A DNA stretch of 64,000 nt from Alphaproteobacteria bacterium (lineage in GTDB: Bacteria; Pseudomonadota; Alphaproteobacteria; UBA8366; GCA-2717185), in NCBI GenBank assembly GCA_012103325.1, contig WLWY01000006.1, positions 337,087 to 401,086 on the forward strand, read 5' to 3'. The position numbers and the translations under genes are program-made. The notes under the pieces were generated by a model. The model was not told the DNA's origin. It did not search any database and saw nothing but the letters and a program-made list of their open reading frames with translations. Numbering within the stretch: the first letter of the stretch is position 1; every line of letters starts with the position of its first letter. This document shows positions 28,901-38,921 of this stretch, in pieces.

Positions 28901-29710
28901 TCAGTCCGCATCAACCTTTTGCAGCACGGCGCGAAGGCCGGCGATCTCGTCACGGAGGCCGGCGATTTCACCGCGGAGGATCGCTGTCTCGGACTCGACA
29001 TGATCTTCGATCTCTTCGGCTTCTTCCCGGTGCTGGGTTTGCATGGCATCGACGATAACGCCGATGAACAGGTTTATGACCGCAAAGCTGGTTACCAGAA
29101 TGAACGGAACGAAGAAGGCCCAGGCAAGTGGAAATTCCTTCATGACTGGGCGTACGATGCCCATCGACCAGCTTTCCAAGGTCATGATCTGGAACAATGA
29201 ATACATCGAAGCACCAACACTGCCGAACCATTCGTCAAACGCAGCGCCGTAAAAATTCGTCGCGAGAACCGCGGACACGTAAAAGATAAGTGCGATCAAT
29301 CCCACGATCGAAAGCATGCCGGGCACCGCGGTAATCAACGCCTGAATAACGACCCGCATCTGCGGCACCACGGACATAAGGCGCAGGACACGCAAGACCC
29401 GCAGCGCGCGCAACACGGCCAGCGGTCCCGACGCGGGCAACAGGGCGATGCCGACGACGATCAAGTCGAAGATATTCCATCCGTCCTTGAAGAAACCGAG
29501 GCCGCGGCCAAACATCTTCGCGGCGATTTCCGCCACGAAAACGCAGAGTACAAAGGCATCGAACGCATGAAACAAGTGCTCGCGGCCTTCCATAATGACC
29601 GGCGAGGTTTCCAGGCCCAACGTAATGGCATTCAGGACAATCAGGGTGATGATGAAGAATTGGATCTTGGCGTTTTCGATAAACGCCGTGACCCGGTTTC
29701 TAACTGACAT
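28901..29710 (-). CDS. Bacterial voltage-gated Na+ channel (NaChBac/NavAb type)
   Basis: WNIFD in S3, S4 LRALRVLRVLRL, filter QIMTLESWSMG, S6 NLFIGVIVDAM and a C-terminal coiled coil. Confidence 0.92.
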   Translation of the reverse strand: MSVRNRVTAFIENAKIQFFIITLIVLNAITLGLETSPVIMEGREHLFHAFDAFVLCVFVAEIAAKMFGRGLGFFKDGWNIFDLIVVGIALLPASGPLAVLRALRVLRVLRLMSVVPQMRVVIQALITAVPGMLSIVGLIALIFYVSAVLATNFYGAAFDEWFGSVGASMYSLFQIMTLESWSMGIVRPVMKEFPLAWAFFVPFILVTSFAVINLFIGVIVDAMQTQHREEAEEIEDHVESETAILRGEIAGLRDEIAGLRAVLQKVDAD

Positions 29711-29908
29711 GGTTGGCGACCCATACGTTCCGACAAAAGCGACGCATGACCGCAGATAAGGTCCGGCAGCCTTCGGGTCAATATGGGACAGAGGGTCAAT
29801 TACCCAGATTTCCGGGACTTTTGAGCGATTTAAGGCGGTGCGCTAGCGGCAGATCGCGCGATAGGCAATAATAATTGCCACGAACAACGAACCGACCGGA
29901 GCGAAAAT

Positions 29909-30799
29909 ATGGCCGATATCGCCGCAGCGTCATCCCAAGATCAGACCTACAAACGGATTGCTGTCAAACCGATTGCCGGCGCGTTGGGTGCGGAAATCGA
30001 AGGCGTCGATATTGCGGGCGGCGTCGACCCGGAAGTGTTCGACGAAATCTACCGCGCCTGGCTGGAAAACAATGTGATCTTCTTTCGCGGCCAAAGCATT
30101 TCTCCCGCCCAGCAAATCGAGTTCGCAAAACGGTTCGGCGACATTCATGTCCATCTCTTCAATAAGGCGATGGACGACCATCCCGAAATCACCGAAATCC
30201 TCAAGACGCCGGAGATGAAGTCGAACGCCGGCGGCCGCTGGCATTCCGATCAGATGTACACACCCGTGCCGGCCAAGGCGACGATGCTGTACAGCCGTGA
30301 AATACCCGAAGGCCGTGGCGACACGATGTTCTCGAACATGTACCTCGCCTACGAAACGCTCTCCGAGGGGATGAAGGCGTCGCTGCAAGGGCTGAAGGCG
30401 ATCCACAATGGCGACAGCCGCAACCACCCCTCCGGCATGACCCGAATGGAGCGGGTCAAAGCGGGATCAATCCATATGCCGCAGATCGATCCAGGCAAAG
30501 CCCAAACAATTTCGTCGCATCCGGTCGTGCGCACCCATCCGGAAACCGGCCGAAAGCTGCTCTATATCGGCGGGCACACGGAACGTTTCGAGGGCTGGGC
30601 CGAAGAAGAAAGCAAGCCGCTGCTGGATTACTTGAAGACACATGCGACCCGGCCCGAGTTCGTTTGCCGCTTCCACTGGACGGAGAACGCGATGGCGATG
30701 TGGGACAATCGCTGCTGTCAGCATTTCGCGATCAACGACTATGACGGCTACCAGCGTCGCATGCACAAAATCATGGTCAAGGGCGACGCACCGTTCTAA
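29909..30799 (+). CDS. TauD/TfdA family 2-oxoglutarate-dependent dioxygenase
   Basis: WHSD, GDT.F, HPVVRTHPETG and WDNR..QH motifs. Confidence 0.92.
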   Translation: MADIAAASSQDQTYKRIAVKPIAGALGAEIEGVDIAGGVDPEVFDEIYRAWLENNVIFFRGQSISPAQQIEFAKRFGDIHVHLFNKAMDDHPEITEILKTPEMKSNAGGRWHSDQMYTPVPAKATMLYSREIPEGRGDTMFSNMYLAYETLSEGMKASLQGLKAIHNGDSRNHPSGMTRMERVKAGSIHMPQIDPGKAQTISSHPVVRTHPETGRKLLYIGGHTERFEGWAEEESKPLLDYLKTHATRPEFVCRFHWTENAMAMWDNRCCQHFAINDYDGYQRRMHKIMVKGDAPF

Positions 30800-31725
30800 C
30801 CGACAGGATCGATCGACGACCAGTCGCGTTGGCTGAAGGCCGAGACGAGGTAGTCGATGAAAAGCCGCGTCTTGACCGATAGATAGCGCTTGCTGAGATA
30901 GACGGCGTAAATGCCGAAATCCAAATCTGTCGCCGTCGCAACATAATCGCCCAGCGCCCGTTCGAGCCCGCCACCAAGCAGACCGTCTTTGATCGACCAT
31001 GCCGGCAGCAATGCTACTCCGAGACCCTCCAGGGTCGCGATGCGCAATGCTTCGGCGTTATTCGACTGAAAATTTCCCGCCACCTCCATCTCAGTAGATG
31101 CGTCCTCTGGTCCGCGGAACTTCCAGAGCGCCGGTGCCGCGCCGATGCGGTAGATAAGGCAATTGTGGTCCGCGAGTTCTTTGGGCGTCTCCGGACGCGG
31201 ATGTGCTGCCCAGTACCCCGGGCTCGCACAGACGACACGCGGACTGGAAGAAATACGGCGTGCGATCAGAGAGGAGTCCGACTGGTTGCCCGTGCGAATG
31301 GCGACGTCGATTCCATGTTCCGTCAAGTCCAGGTCGGTGTCGGTGAGCCAGAGATCGATCTCAAGATCCGGATATTGCGCCAGGATGTCGGGAATTAGCG
31401 GCGCGACGTGCTGCGTGCCGAGCGAAATGCGTGACTGGACCCTCAGCCTGCCGCGCGGCCGAACCGTGAGTTCGGAAACTTCCTCGCGCATTTCGTCCAG
31501 ATCCTGCAGCCATCGCTCAGCTCGCTGCAGATAGATTTGGCCGGCTTCGGTGAGGGACAACCTGCGGCTCGTCCGGTTCAGCAGGCGTACGCCGAGATCG
31601 TCCTCGAGGCTCGATATCTGCCGCGATACGCTCGCGGGTGACAAGCCGAATTCCCGGCCCGCGCCGGACAGGCTCCCGATCTGCGCGGCCTGCAGGAACA
31701 AACGGATCGCCTTCACATTGTCCAT
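30796..31725 (-). CDS. LysR family transcriptional regulator
   Basis: GSLSGAG...SPASVSRQI..LE..LGVRLLNRTSR HTH and DVAIR motifs. Confidence 0.92.
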   Translation of the reverse strand: MDNVKAIRLFLQAAQIGSLSGAGREFGLSPASVSRQISSLEDDLGVRLLNRTSRRLSLTEAGQIYLQRAERWLQDLDEMREEVSELTVRPRGRLRVQSRISLGTQHVAPLIPDILAQYPDLEIDLWLTDTDLDLTEHGIDVAIRTGNQSDSSLIARRISSSPRVVCASPGYWAAHPRPETPKELADHNCLIYRIGAAPALWKFRGPEDASTEMEVAGNFQSNNAEALRIATLEGLGVALLPAWSIKDGLLGGGLERALGDYVATATDLDFGIYAVYLSKRYLSVKTRLFIDYLVSAFSQRDWSSIDPVG

Positions 31726-31864
31726 ACCATCTTTCCGTTTTTCGTAAAGCTGCTACGCAAAAATACAAATTTTCATCATAAACTGTAGGGAATACTATCC
31801 CAACGATGGCCAATGTGACGGATAATTCCCGCATGGGATCCGCAGACGGATAGGACACGACACG

Positions 31865-33103
31865 ATGAAATTCGGCATTTTCTACGAACATCAACTTCCC
31901 CGGCCCTGGAACGAACAGTCGGAATATCAGCTTCTGCAGGATTCCTTGACGCAGATCGAAATGGCCGACCAACTTGGCTACGACTTTGCGTGGGAAGTGG
32001 AGCACCACTTCCTGGAGGAATATTCCCATTCCTCCGCGCCGGAAGTGTTCCTGGGCGCGGCCAGCCAGCGGACCAAGAATATCCGGCTTGGCCATGGCGT
32101 GATCCAACTGCCCACCAACCAGCCGCACCGCGTCGCGGAGCGGGTCGCCACCCTGGACCTGCTGTCCGGCGGCCGGGTCGAGCTCGGCATGGGCGAAGGC
32201 GCGGGGCCGGCGGAACTGCATCCGTTCGGCACGCAAGTCCGCACCAAGCGCGACCGCTGGGAAGAAGCCGTCAAGGCGATCATCCCCATGTTCACGAAAG
32301 AAAGCTGGGAATTCCACGGCGAATATCACGACTTCCCGGCGCGCAACGTGATCCCGAAACCGTTCCAGAAACCGCACCCGCCGCTTTGGGTCGCGTGCTC
32401 GAACATCAAGACCATTGGCCAGGCCGGCGAATGGGGCATGGGCGCGCTCGGCTTCACCTTCGTCTCGCCGGACGCCGCCACCGCGTGGGTGAACAAGTAT
32501 TACAATAACCTGCTGAACCATCCGAACCGGCTGACGGATTATCCGATCAATCCGAATATCGCCATGGTGTCGGGCTTCATGTGCGCCGAAACCGACGAGG
32601 AGGCCTACGAAAAAGCATCCGGCTGGACCTTCTTCATCTTTGCCCTGTCCTATTACGGCCGTAAAGGCGTCGATGCGCCGGGCGAAGGAAATTTGTGGGA
32701 GGAATTCCAGGACTGGCGACACAGCAAGAAGGCGCAGGACGCGTTCAAGGGCGCCCTGATCGGTTCGCCGAAAACGATCCGCGAAAAGCTGCACCAGTTC
32801 CAGGACGCCCATGTCGACCAGGTCATCCTGCTGAACCAAGCCGGTAAGACGTCACACGAAGACATCTGCGGCAGCCTCAAGATGTTCGCTGAGGAAGTCA
32901 TGCCTGAGTTTCACGCTAAGGAAGAAGAACACGCCAAATGGAAGGCGGACGTGCTGGCAGGCCACATCGTCCTAGAGGATTTGGAAACCCAGCCTTACGA
33001 CATCTTCAGCCACCAAAACGCCGACATTGTCCGCCTGACCCCGGAAGAACTCAAGGCGCGCATGGCGGAGAAGGACGCCGCGCAGAAAGAAGCATCAGAT
33101 TAG
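31865..33103 (+). CDS. LLM-class flavin-dependent oxidoreductase
   Basis: WEVEHHFLEEYSHSSAPE, RVAERVATLD and PKP.Q.PHPP.W motifs. Confidence 0.9.
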   Translation: MKFGIFYEHQLPRPWNEQSEYQLLQDSLTQIEMADQLGYDFAWEVEHHFLEEYSHSSAPEVFLGAASQRTKNIRLGHGVIQLPTNQPHRVAERVATLDLLSGGRVELGMGEGAGPAELHPFGTQVRTKRDRWEEAVKAIIPMFTKESWEFHGEYHDFPARNVIPKPFQKPHPPLWVACSNIKTIGQAGEWGMGALGFTFVSPDAATAWVNKYYNNLLNHPNRLTDYPINPNIAMVSGFMCAETDEEAYEKASGWTFFIFALSYYGRKGVDAPGEGNLWEEFQDWRHSKKAQDAFKGALIGSPKTIREKLHQFQDAHVDQVILLNQAGKTSHEDICGSLKMFAEEVMPEFHAKEEEHAKWKADVLAGHIVLEDLETQPYDIFSHQNADIVRLTPEELKARMAEKDAAQKEASD

Positions 33104-33239
33104 AGCAAATCGGGGTTTGTTGGAATCGCCTCCGGCAATCCAACAACCGCGTGAATCTGCTCTCAACTATTTAGATAGAACGGATTCACAAGCGTATCCG
33201 AACCCATGTAATGGGTTCGTCTAAACTTGATCCGTTCTA
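33101..33239. repeat. RIME/BRU-RS-like two-hairpin intergenic element
   Basis: Hairpin 1 AGAGCAAATC..TTGTTGGA..TCCAACAA..GAATCTGCTCT (33102-33163). Hairpin 2 TAGAACGGAT..GAACCCAT-GTA-ATGGGTTC..ATCCGTTCTA (33176-33239). Confidence 0.7.
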
Positions 33240-34967
33240 AGGCGCCGCGCAGACAACGTGCAGGAGCGCCTGGCGCTTCTCCACCGTCACCGCATGCACC
33301 GCACGGGCCAGCGCTTCCGGTAACGACGCTGGGTCCTCGACCCTTTCGCCGTAACCGCCGGCGGCCTCACAGGCTTTGTCGAACGCCACCATCGGCTCCA
33401 GGCTGGTCAGCGGCATGTCGTTCGACCGGACCGCATTACCGTCCGGATACATGTCCCGCACCGCGCGGCGCACCGCACCCCAGGCCGAATTGTCGAGGAT
33501 GATGTAGAGCACCGGCAGATCGTAGGCGCGCGCGCAATAATGCGCCGACGGGGGGTTACCAAAATAGTACGACCCATCGCCAATCGCGGCAACCACAAGC
33601 TTATCCGGCGCGGCGAGCTTCGCGCCCAGCGCTGCGCCGAGCCCCCAACCGAGACCGCTAACCGGACTCGCAGCAAAGAAACTGCCCGGCGTCTTCAGCG
33701 TTGCATGCGGCAGCGCCAACCCCATCTCGTTCAACAGAATTGTGTCGTCGTCGATGATCCCGCTGACGCAATGGGCGAGCCACGACGCCTTGATCGGTGC
33801 CGCCGTCTCCATTCCCTCTTCCGCCTTGCGCCAGCGCGCGCGGACTTCCTCCCGCGCCGCGGCGGCCCGTTCGCGCCGCGCCGCGATACGGTCTTCATGG
33901 GCCGCGAAACCACGCTCCATCGCCACGGAAAGGATTGGCAACGAGATCCCGGACTCCGCGGTGATCGCCACGTCGCACGGGTAGCCGCGCATCGGGTAGC
34001 GGCTGTACAGCGGATCGGTTCCCATATGGATCACCCGTGCATCTGCGGGCGCGCCATCCTTGGCCGGTATCCAAGGCACGTCGCAGTTGAGCACCAGCAC
34101 GGCGTCCGCCTTTTCGATATGGGCACCCACGGCATAGTCGAGCAGCATCGGGTGATCGCTCGGCAAGTTCAGATAGCGCGGATAGGCGGAAATAACCGGA
34201 AGAGCGAACCTCTCCGCCAACGCACCCAGATGCCCCATCGCTGCCGGATCGCGGCCCGTATCCGATGTGATGATGAGCGGGTTCTCTGCCGCGAGCAGTA
34301 TCTCGGCCGCCTGCGCGATGGCCTCAGCATTCGGATACGGCGTCGCAGCCGTGGCCCGGGCCGGAATCTTCGCTGGCGGCGGCGCGGCGGAGCCCAGCAC
34401 CTCGCGTGGCAACGACAAATAGGATATCCCCTTCGGGATCGATTGCGCCATGTTGAGCGCGCGGTCGATGACCTTGTCTACCTCATCCGGCGCGCGCAAC
34501 TCGTAGTCCCATTTCGCGACTTCGCGCACCATGGCCCCCTGGTCGAACATTTCCTGCGCCCAATGGACGTAGACCGTGCGCGCGCCTTCGGAGGCTGACC
34601 GGTCTTCCGTAATCGGCGTGCGGCCGGCCATGAAGATCATCGGAATTTCCAAGCGGCTCGCATTCATCACCGCGCACAGGGCGTTTGCCGTGCCGACGCT
34701 AACATGCACCATGACTGCCTGCGGTTCGCCAGTGACCATCGTGTAGCCATGCGCCATGGCCACCGCGACGCCTTCATGCGGCACGAGGATCGGCTCGATC
34801 ATGGCATCGCTGTCGCTGCCGGCCATCGACTCGACGATCGAGGCGAAATCGGTCCCCGCGTTGGCAAACAGGTAACGCACGCCAGCGTCGCGCAACCGCG
34901 TCAGGATCGCATCCGACGCCGTCCGTTCGGTGGATACTGAAGTCCGATATTCAAGGTCCGTATTCAT
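33237..34967 (-). CDS. Thiamine pyrophosphate-requiring enzyme (acetolactate synthase-like)
   Basis: N.GTDF, PHE..AV.MAHGY, HV.VGTAN and TPP motif GDGS...DN..W. Start placed at ATG 34967. Confidence 0.88.
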   Translation of the reverse strand: MNTDLEYRTSVSTERTASDAILTRLRDAGVRYLFANAGTDFASIVESMAGSDSDAMIEPILVPHEGVAVAMAHGYTMVTGEPQAVMVHVSVGTANALCAVMNASRLEIPMIFMAGRTPITEDRSASEGARTVYVHWAQEMFDQGAMVREVAKWDYELRAPDEVDKVIDRALNMAQSIPKGISYLSLPREVLGSAAPPPAKIPARATAATPYPNAEAIAQAAEILLAAENPLIITSDTGRDPAAMGHLGALAERFALPVISAYPRYLNLPSDHPMLLDYAVGAHIEKADAVLVLNCDVPWIPAKDGAPADARVIHMGTDPLYSRYPMRGYPCDVAITAESGISLPILSVAMERGFAAHEDRIAARRERAAAAREEVRARWRKAEEGMETAAPIKASWLAHCVSGIIDDDTILLNEMGLALPHATLKTPGSFFAASPVSGLGWGLGAALGAKLAAPDKLVVAAIGDGSYYFGNPPSAHYCARAYDLPVLYIILDNSAWGAVRRAVRDMYPDGNAVRSNDMPLTSLEPMVAFDKACEAAGGYGERVEDPASLPEALARAVHAVTVEKRQALLHVVCAAP

Positions 34968-35035
34968 CACACCCTCGCCCGCCATCCGTAATCCGCTTAG
35001 TGTAGACCTGGAACGCTTCAAAACGCGAGATATCG

Positions 35036-35665
35036 ATGGCGAACACACCCACGGTCGTGAACCATCCACTGGTTCAGCACAAACTCAGCTATTTGCGCGC
35101 GCGGGAAACGCCGCCCGCGGAATTCCGGCGGCTCCTGCGCGAGATCGGCCAACTGATGATCTACGAGGTGTTGCGCGACCTGCCTTTGACGACAAAGACA
35201 ATCGAGACGCCATTGACGCCCATGCAGGCACCGGTCATCGACGGCAAGAAGTTGGTGCTCGTATCGATCCTGCGTGCCGGCAATGGCCTACTCGACGGCA
35301 TGCTGGAACTGGTCCCGCTAGCCCGTGTCGGTCATGTCGGTCTCTACCGCGATCCGGAGAGCCTCGAAGCCGTGGAGTATTACATGAAGCTCCCGCCAGA
35401 CATCGCCGCGCGGCAAACCATTGTCGTCGATCCGATGCTGGCGACGGCGAATACGGCAACGGCCGCCGTGACCAAGCTGAAAGACGCCGGTGCGGCCCAG
35501 ATCAAATTCGCTTGCGTCCTTGCTGCGCCTGAGGGAGTCGCAAAGTTCTCAAACGCCCATCCGGACGTACCGCTCTACACAGCCGCCATCGACGATCACC
35601 TCAACGACCACGGCTACATCGTGCCGGGATTAGGCGATGCGGGCGACCGGATCTACGGGACCTAA
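35036..35665 (+). CDS. upp: Uracil phosphoribosyltransferase
   Basis: [18 protein letters not shown] and [12 protein letters not shown] motifs. Confidence 0.97.
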   Translation: MANTPTVVNHPLVQHKLSYLRARETPPAEFRRLLREIGQLMIYEVLRDLPLTTKTIETPLTPMQAPVIDGKKLVLVSILRAGNGLLDGMLELVPLARVGHVGLYRDPESLEAVEYYMKLPPDIAARQTIVVDPMLATANTATAAVTKLKDAGAAQIKFACVLAAPEGVAKFSNAHPDVPLYTAAIDDHLNDHGYIVPGLGDAGDRIYGT

Positions 35666-35669
35666 TCGC

Positions 35670-36044
35670 CTAGCGCGGGAAAGTTACGGCTTCGACCTTA
35701 TTGCCGTCGAGATCGAAGATAAAAGCACCGAAATAGATCGACATGGACGCTTTGCGTAAGCCGGGATCGCCGGCGTTCCGGCCGCCCTGTTCGAGTGCCG
35801 CCGCGTGAAACGCTTTCACGGCTTCGTTGTCCGCTGCACGCAAGCAGACATGGTTGCCGGTGTCGTCGGTTCCCGGTGTCATGTCGGGCCGGGCGTTGAG
35901 CCAAAACTCCGGATACTTTTTGCCGAACCCGACGGTTCGGGCCCGATCCACCAGCCTGGTGAGACCGACCGGCTCCAGGACCTTTTCGTAGAACGCCGCG
36001 CTCTCCTCCAGCCGGCTTACGGGAATAGAAACATGATCGATCAT
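35670..36044 (-). CDS. VOC family protein
   Basis: MIDHVSI, FYE.VL, H...RA, GG...G.PG.R and D.DGN..EAV motifs. Confidence 0.85.
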   Translation of the reverse strand: MIDHVSIPVSRLEESAAFYEKVLEPVGLTRLVDRARTVGFGKKYPEFWLNARPDMTPGTDDTGNHVCLRAADNEAVKAFHAAALEQGGRNAGDPGLRKASMSIYFGAFIFDLDGNKVEAVTFPR

Positions 36045-36057
36045 GTATTCACTCCAC

Positions 36058-37245
36058 TTAAGCGGTAGCAAGCCTCGCTACGGGCCGTTCAGCAATTGGC
36101 CAGTGTAAAGCAGCCGAAATCAGACCCAAGGCGACGCTCAACCACCACATCGCATCATAGGAGCCTAACAGATCATAGAAATGGCCGGCCAGCCAAGCGC
36201 CAAGGAAGCCGCCGAACTGATGGCCAAGAAAAACCATGCCGAACAGCATCGACATATAGCTGGTGCCGAAGATCGTCGCGACCAGGGCGCTGGTCAACGG
36301 CACGGTGCCGAGCCAGAGGAAACCCATCGCTGCGCCGAAGACGATCACCGAGACCTCCGAGATCGGGAAGATCAGGAACCCCGCGAAAATCAGCGCGCGG
36401 CCGATATACATCAAGCTCAGGAGTTTCTTCTTCGCGAAGCGATCGCCGAGCCAGCCGCAGCCATAACTGCCGACAATGTTGCAGATACCCACCGCTGCCA
36501 GCGACGCGGTGGCAAGCCAGGGCTCGAATCCCTGATCGGCGAGATAGGCCGGCAGATGCACGATGACGAAGGCGAGATGGAAGCCGCAGACGAAGAATCC
36601 CGCATTCAACAGCCAAAAACTGCGATTGCCGCAGGCCTCGTTGAAGGCCTGGCGCATCGTTTGACTGCTGAGGCCCGCCGCCTGAACCGGCTTGCCGGAG
36701 ACGCCCTTCGCCAGCGGCACGATTAACAGCGTGCTAGCCGCGAGGATGAGCAGGCTCGCATACCACCCGAAATGATCGATCGTCGCGAACGTATAGGGTA
36801 GCGCGACAAGTTGCCCGATGGAGCCGCACATCGCCACCGCGCCCAGCGCCATGCCGCGCTTCTCCTCCGGCGCGGCGCGGCCGACCGTGCCGAGGATGAC
36901 AGAGAAACCCGCACCGCTAAGCCCGAAGCCGAGGAGGATGCCACCAAGGAGAAGCTGTTCGCCATTGCCGCTCAGCGTCATCGCGGCCAGTCCGGCGGCG
37001 TAGCAGAGCCCACCGAGCGCCGCGACACGCCCCGCGCCATGACGGTCCGCAACCGCTCCCGCGAAGGGTGCCGCCAAGCCCCAAAACAGGTTCATCAACC
37101 CCATGCCGAGGGCGAAGGTCTCGCGGCCGATGCCCATATCGAGCGAGATCGGCGTCAGGAACAGGCCAAGGCTCTGCCGGAAGCCGAGCGACAGGCCCAT
37201 GATGGTGCCGCCGCACAGTATGACGATCCAAAGGGGACGGGACAT
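36058..37245 (-). CDS. MFS transporter
   Basis: Many hydrophobic helices, GAVADRHG, FFVCGFH and HQFGGFLGAW. Start at ATG 37245. Confidence 0.9.
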   Translation of the reverse strand: MSRPLWIVILCGGTIMGLSLGFRQSLGLFLTPISLDMGIGRETFALGMGLMNLFWGLAAPFAGAVADRHGAGRVAALGGLCYAAGLAAMTLSGNGEQLLLGGILLGFGLSGAGFSVILGTVGRAAPEEKRGMALGAVAMCGSIGQLVALPYTFATIDHFGWYASLLILAASTLLIVPLAKGVSGKPVQAAGLSSQTMRQAFNEACGNRSFWLLNAGFFVCGFHLAFVIVHLPAYLADQGFEPWLATASLAAVGICNIVGSYGCGWLGDRFAKKKLLSLMYIGRALIFAGFLIFPISEVSVIVFGAAMGFLWLGTVPLTSALVATIFGTSYMSMLFGMVFLGHQFGGFLGAWLAGHFYDLLGSYDAMWWLSVALGLISAALHWPIAERPVARLATA

Positions 37246-37345
37246 AGAGGTGTTTCCAATCTGCAAAACCGACGTAACTTGCGTCGCGAACCGGCAGTGT
37301 AAAAAACTTCTTTCCATCATTCAAATTAATTATTAGTATTTAATA

Positions 37346-37360
37346 ATCTTATTAACTGAT
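37346..37360. promoter_or_regulatory. Putative LysR T-N11-A box in the AT-rich divergent promoter
   Basis: ATC-TTATTAACT-GAT between the MFS gene and the LysR gene. Confidence 0.4.
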
Positions 37361-37369
37361 GATTAAATC

Positions 37370-38239
37370 ATGAAAACCGATCTTGAAATCGACCTCCTCC
37401 GCTCGTTTAGCGCCGTCGCGGAAACCAAGCATTTTACACGCGCGGCGGAACGTCTGAACTGTGCCCAATCGGCGGTCAGCATGCAGATCAAGCGCCTGGA
37501 AACCCTGGTCGGCGCCAGGCTGTTCGACCGGACCAAACGAACCGTAAAACTGACCACGGATGGCGAAGTCTTCCGCCGCTACGCAAACCGCATCCTGCGC
37601 CTCAACGAAGAAACCCTCGCCGCCTTCGGCGGGCCGCCGTTACAGGGACGCGTGCGGCTCGGCGCGACGGACACCTCGATGTGCTTCCTGCCCCCGATCC
37701 TGTCCCGCTTCGCGCAGCGCTATCCGCTCATCGAGCTGGAAATCCGCTGCGACCGAAGCTGGGAGTCGCTCGACGCGCTGGACGCGGGAGAGATCGACCT
37801 CGCGCTGGTAACCCAGCCCTGCGGCCGTCGCGGCGGCACCACCGTGCACCGCGAACCGCTCGTCTGGGCCGCTGCCCAGGGCACGGCGATAGAAGACGTC
37901 GATCCCTTGCCCCTCGCCCTGTTCGGCCCCGGCTGCATCTACCGCGAAGCCACCATCGAAGCCCTCGACACCCTCGGCCGCCCCTGGCGTCACGCCTATA
38001 ACAGCCCCAGCCGCGACGGCCTGGACGTCGCCGTCGACGCCGGCCTCGCGGTGACCGTCGTCCCGGAGAATGCGATCAAGCCGAACTGGCGTATCCTCGA
38101 CTCGCAAGACACGTTGCCACCACTGCCGGAAATCGAATTGCTGCTCTACCACGCCACGGGCGAGGCCTCGGCGCCGGTGGAGACACTGGGAAATGTAATC
38201 GTGGATATGTTTGCGAACACAAGCCGTGCAGCCGCCTAA
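37370..38239 (+). CDS. LysR family transcriptional regulator
   Basis: LLRSF.AVAE..HFT.AAE.L...QSAVSMQIKRLE HTH. Confidence 0.92.
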   Translation: MKTDLEIDLLRSFSAVAETKHFTRAAERLNCAQSAVSMQIKRLETLVGARLFDRTKRTVKLTTDGEVFRRYANRILRLNEETLAAFGGPPLQGRVRLGATDTSMCFLPPILSRFAQRYPLIELEIRCDRSWESLDALDAGEIDLALVTQPCGRRGGTTVHREPLVWAAAQGTAIEDVDPLPLALFGPGCIYREATIEALDTLGRPWRHAYNSPSRDGLDVAVDAGLAVTVVPENAIKPNWRILDSQDTLPPLPEIELLLYHATGEASAPVETLGNVIVDMFANTSRAAA

Positions 38240-38252
38240 ATCCAGGTCGACA

Positions 38253-38462
38253 TTAATCGAGCCGCCGTATCTCCGCACCCAGCCCGGCCAACTCATGCAA
38301 TATATCGTCCAGATAGGTTGCGATTTCGGTGTCGGGTAAATCCGAGGGGATCACAAAATCGAAAACGCGCCGGCGGCCGCCACGGTCCGGGCGGTAAACC
38401 GCCCAACCGTCATCTTGCCGTTCAACCTCTAGCGTATAACGACCGTAAATATCGAACCGCAT
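38253..38462 (-). CDS. Small hypothetical protein
   Basis: 69-aa ORF (FDIYGR...W.VY...G.RR...FVIP.DL...I..YLDD..HE) that fills the intergenic gap. Confidence 0.6.
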   Translation of the reverse strand: MRFDIYGRYTLEVERQDDGWAVYRPDRGGRRRVFDFVIPSDLPDTEIATYLDDILHELAGLGAEIRRLD

Positions 38463-38474
38463 ACACCGCCAGTC

Positions 38475-38735
38475 CTACAGCTTTTTTTTCGCGTTCATCA
38501 CGGACGACATCAATTCGGTGACCCGCTCCCGCGTGGCCTCGCTCAACAACGCAGCCCTTTCATCCCCCGTATTCGTCCATTTGAATTCGTCGATACTAAT
38601 ATCCGCGGTGTCCGCAACAGCCTGTAGCGCCTCCGGGTTCTGACCGAAGCCGTGATGCATAAAGGCCATGAGGCACAGCTTCAGCGCCGCAATCTCGGCC
38701 ATAAATCGTTCGTTCTCGTCGAGCTCTTCAAACAT
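38475..38735 (-). CDS. Hypothetical protein
   Basis: GGAGG RBS before ATG 38735 (MFEELDENE...). No motif recognised. Confidence 0.55.
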   Translation of the reverse strand: MFEELDENERFMAEIAALKLCLMAFMHHGFGQNPEALQAVADTADISIDEFKWTNTGDERAALLSEATRERVTELMSSVMNAKKKL

Positions 38736-38921
38736 TTGTGCCTCCCGTTGCCTAAATCGGACCGTACCGCGCCGTGAAACCGCGTGTCGAATCGTCTGAT
38801 CGTATAAAATGGCCCTGCTAGCGCCCAAGTACGTCCGGCCAAAACATGGAACGGCGGAAAGGGCAAAATCATCCGTTTCGGTTGCATTGTGACGGTTTCA
38901 TAATCGCCGTAAGCTGTATGA

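Noticed and set aside
31738-31763. Imperfect palindrome CGTA-N7-TACG between the LysR and LLM genes
   Set aside because: Plausible operator, but it does not fit T-N11-A cleanly and is too weak to call
31517-32839. 440-aa minus-strand ORF (likewise 3946..5127, 38898..40016, 54890..55939, 57760..58827)
   Set aside because: Antisense shadows of well-supported genes, expected with GC-rich codon bias, and no motifs seen
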